The position numbers and the translations under genes were made by a program. The notes beneath the pieces are model-generated. The model had not been told where the DNA came from and did no database searches. It saw only the letters and a list, made by a program, of their open reading frames with translations. A stretch of DNA of 64,000 nt from positions 52,826,001-52,890,000 of the forward strand of contig NC_045696.1 in the NCBI RefSeq assembly GCF_009834535.1, written 5' to 3'. The stretch is from Camelus ferus (Eukaryota). How positions within the stretch are numbered: position 1 is the stretch's first letter; each line of letters begins with the position of its first letter. Positions 63,523 to 64,000 of the stretch are shown here, piece after piece.

Positions 63523-64000
63523 AAATTGGAATATCTTAAAGTGACTTAAGAATGAGAGGTATTTGGAAGAAAACAGAAGTGTGTGTGTAAAAAAATATGT
63601 TTACAGACAACTAGAGAAAGGTAAGTGACAGAATTAGGATTAGCAGGAACATTGAATTATTCCTCAACCTGGCAAAAATATATTTTTCACTAAAGAGTCG
63701 AAAATATAAAACTTGAGGCACACATATTTAAATGAAGTTTAGCTGAATGAATGTTTAAAAGTAATTTCACTAAATGTATTCATATAGATTTAATTTATTT
63801 TCTGAAAAAGACACTAGTAACTTCTCCAAATTACAATCCAGGACACAGGTCCTCAAAGTTTCCAGGTAGCAGAGCACCAGATAATCGCAGCACTCTTTGT
63901 CTAACAATACATGCAATTACAAGAAACTAAAGTTTGATTAGTGACTTTGTGTTTACCCTATATTGGATTGTTAGATTTTAATTTTAAAAAATCATATAGA

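Larger units (their letters stand above)
46472..64000 (-). other. LSAMP: 3' part of a large LSAMP intron (upstream coding exon not in window)
   Basis: No sequence encoding the preceding LSAMP peptide ([22 protein letters not shown]...) was found. The region is repeat-rich. Confidence 0.8.

Noticed and set aside
1..64000. Prokaryotic-type systems (CRISPR arrays, operons, defence islands)
   Set aside because: The sequence is mammalian intron/exon DNA; no regularly spaced repeat-spacer array or dense ORFs were seen.

Overview
Mammalian genomic DNA, most likely camelid (four Vic-1-like tRNA-Ala-derived SINEs, artiodactyl-type L1 3' ends, no Alu or ruminant SINEs seen). The whole window is the 3' part of LSAMP (IgLON family, GPI-anchored neural adhesion molecule) on the minus strand. 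It holds three constitutive internal coding exons (46337-46471, 37203-37323, 36562-36710), two frame-preserving microexons (36 nt at 30061-30096, 33 nt at 12454-12486), the terminal GPI-signal exon (6182-6279) and a multi-kb 3' UTR. The upstream exons lie beyond 64000. The rest is intronic, with MIR, L2, L1, MaLR and MER5 remnants and microsatellites. I found no evidence of a wholly new biological system. The best leads are: (i) a combinatorial stalk/anchor splicing module, with two microexons, an exon-6 read-through that would give a soluble form, and a candidate unannotated alternative last exon at 8429-8484; (ii) an orphan 191-bp L1-mediated retrocopy with perfect 19-bp target-site duplications; (iii) a tandem CACGTG E-box pair with a 7-nt spacer; (iv) a cluster of CTCF-like motifs; (v) a nested SINE-in-L1 insertion with both TSD pairs readable. 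Repeat family names, repeat boundaries and orthologue comparisons come from memory and by-eye matching, not from database searches.
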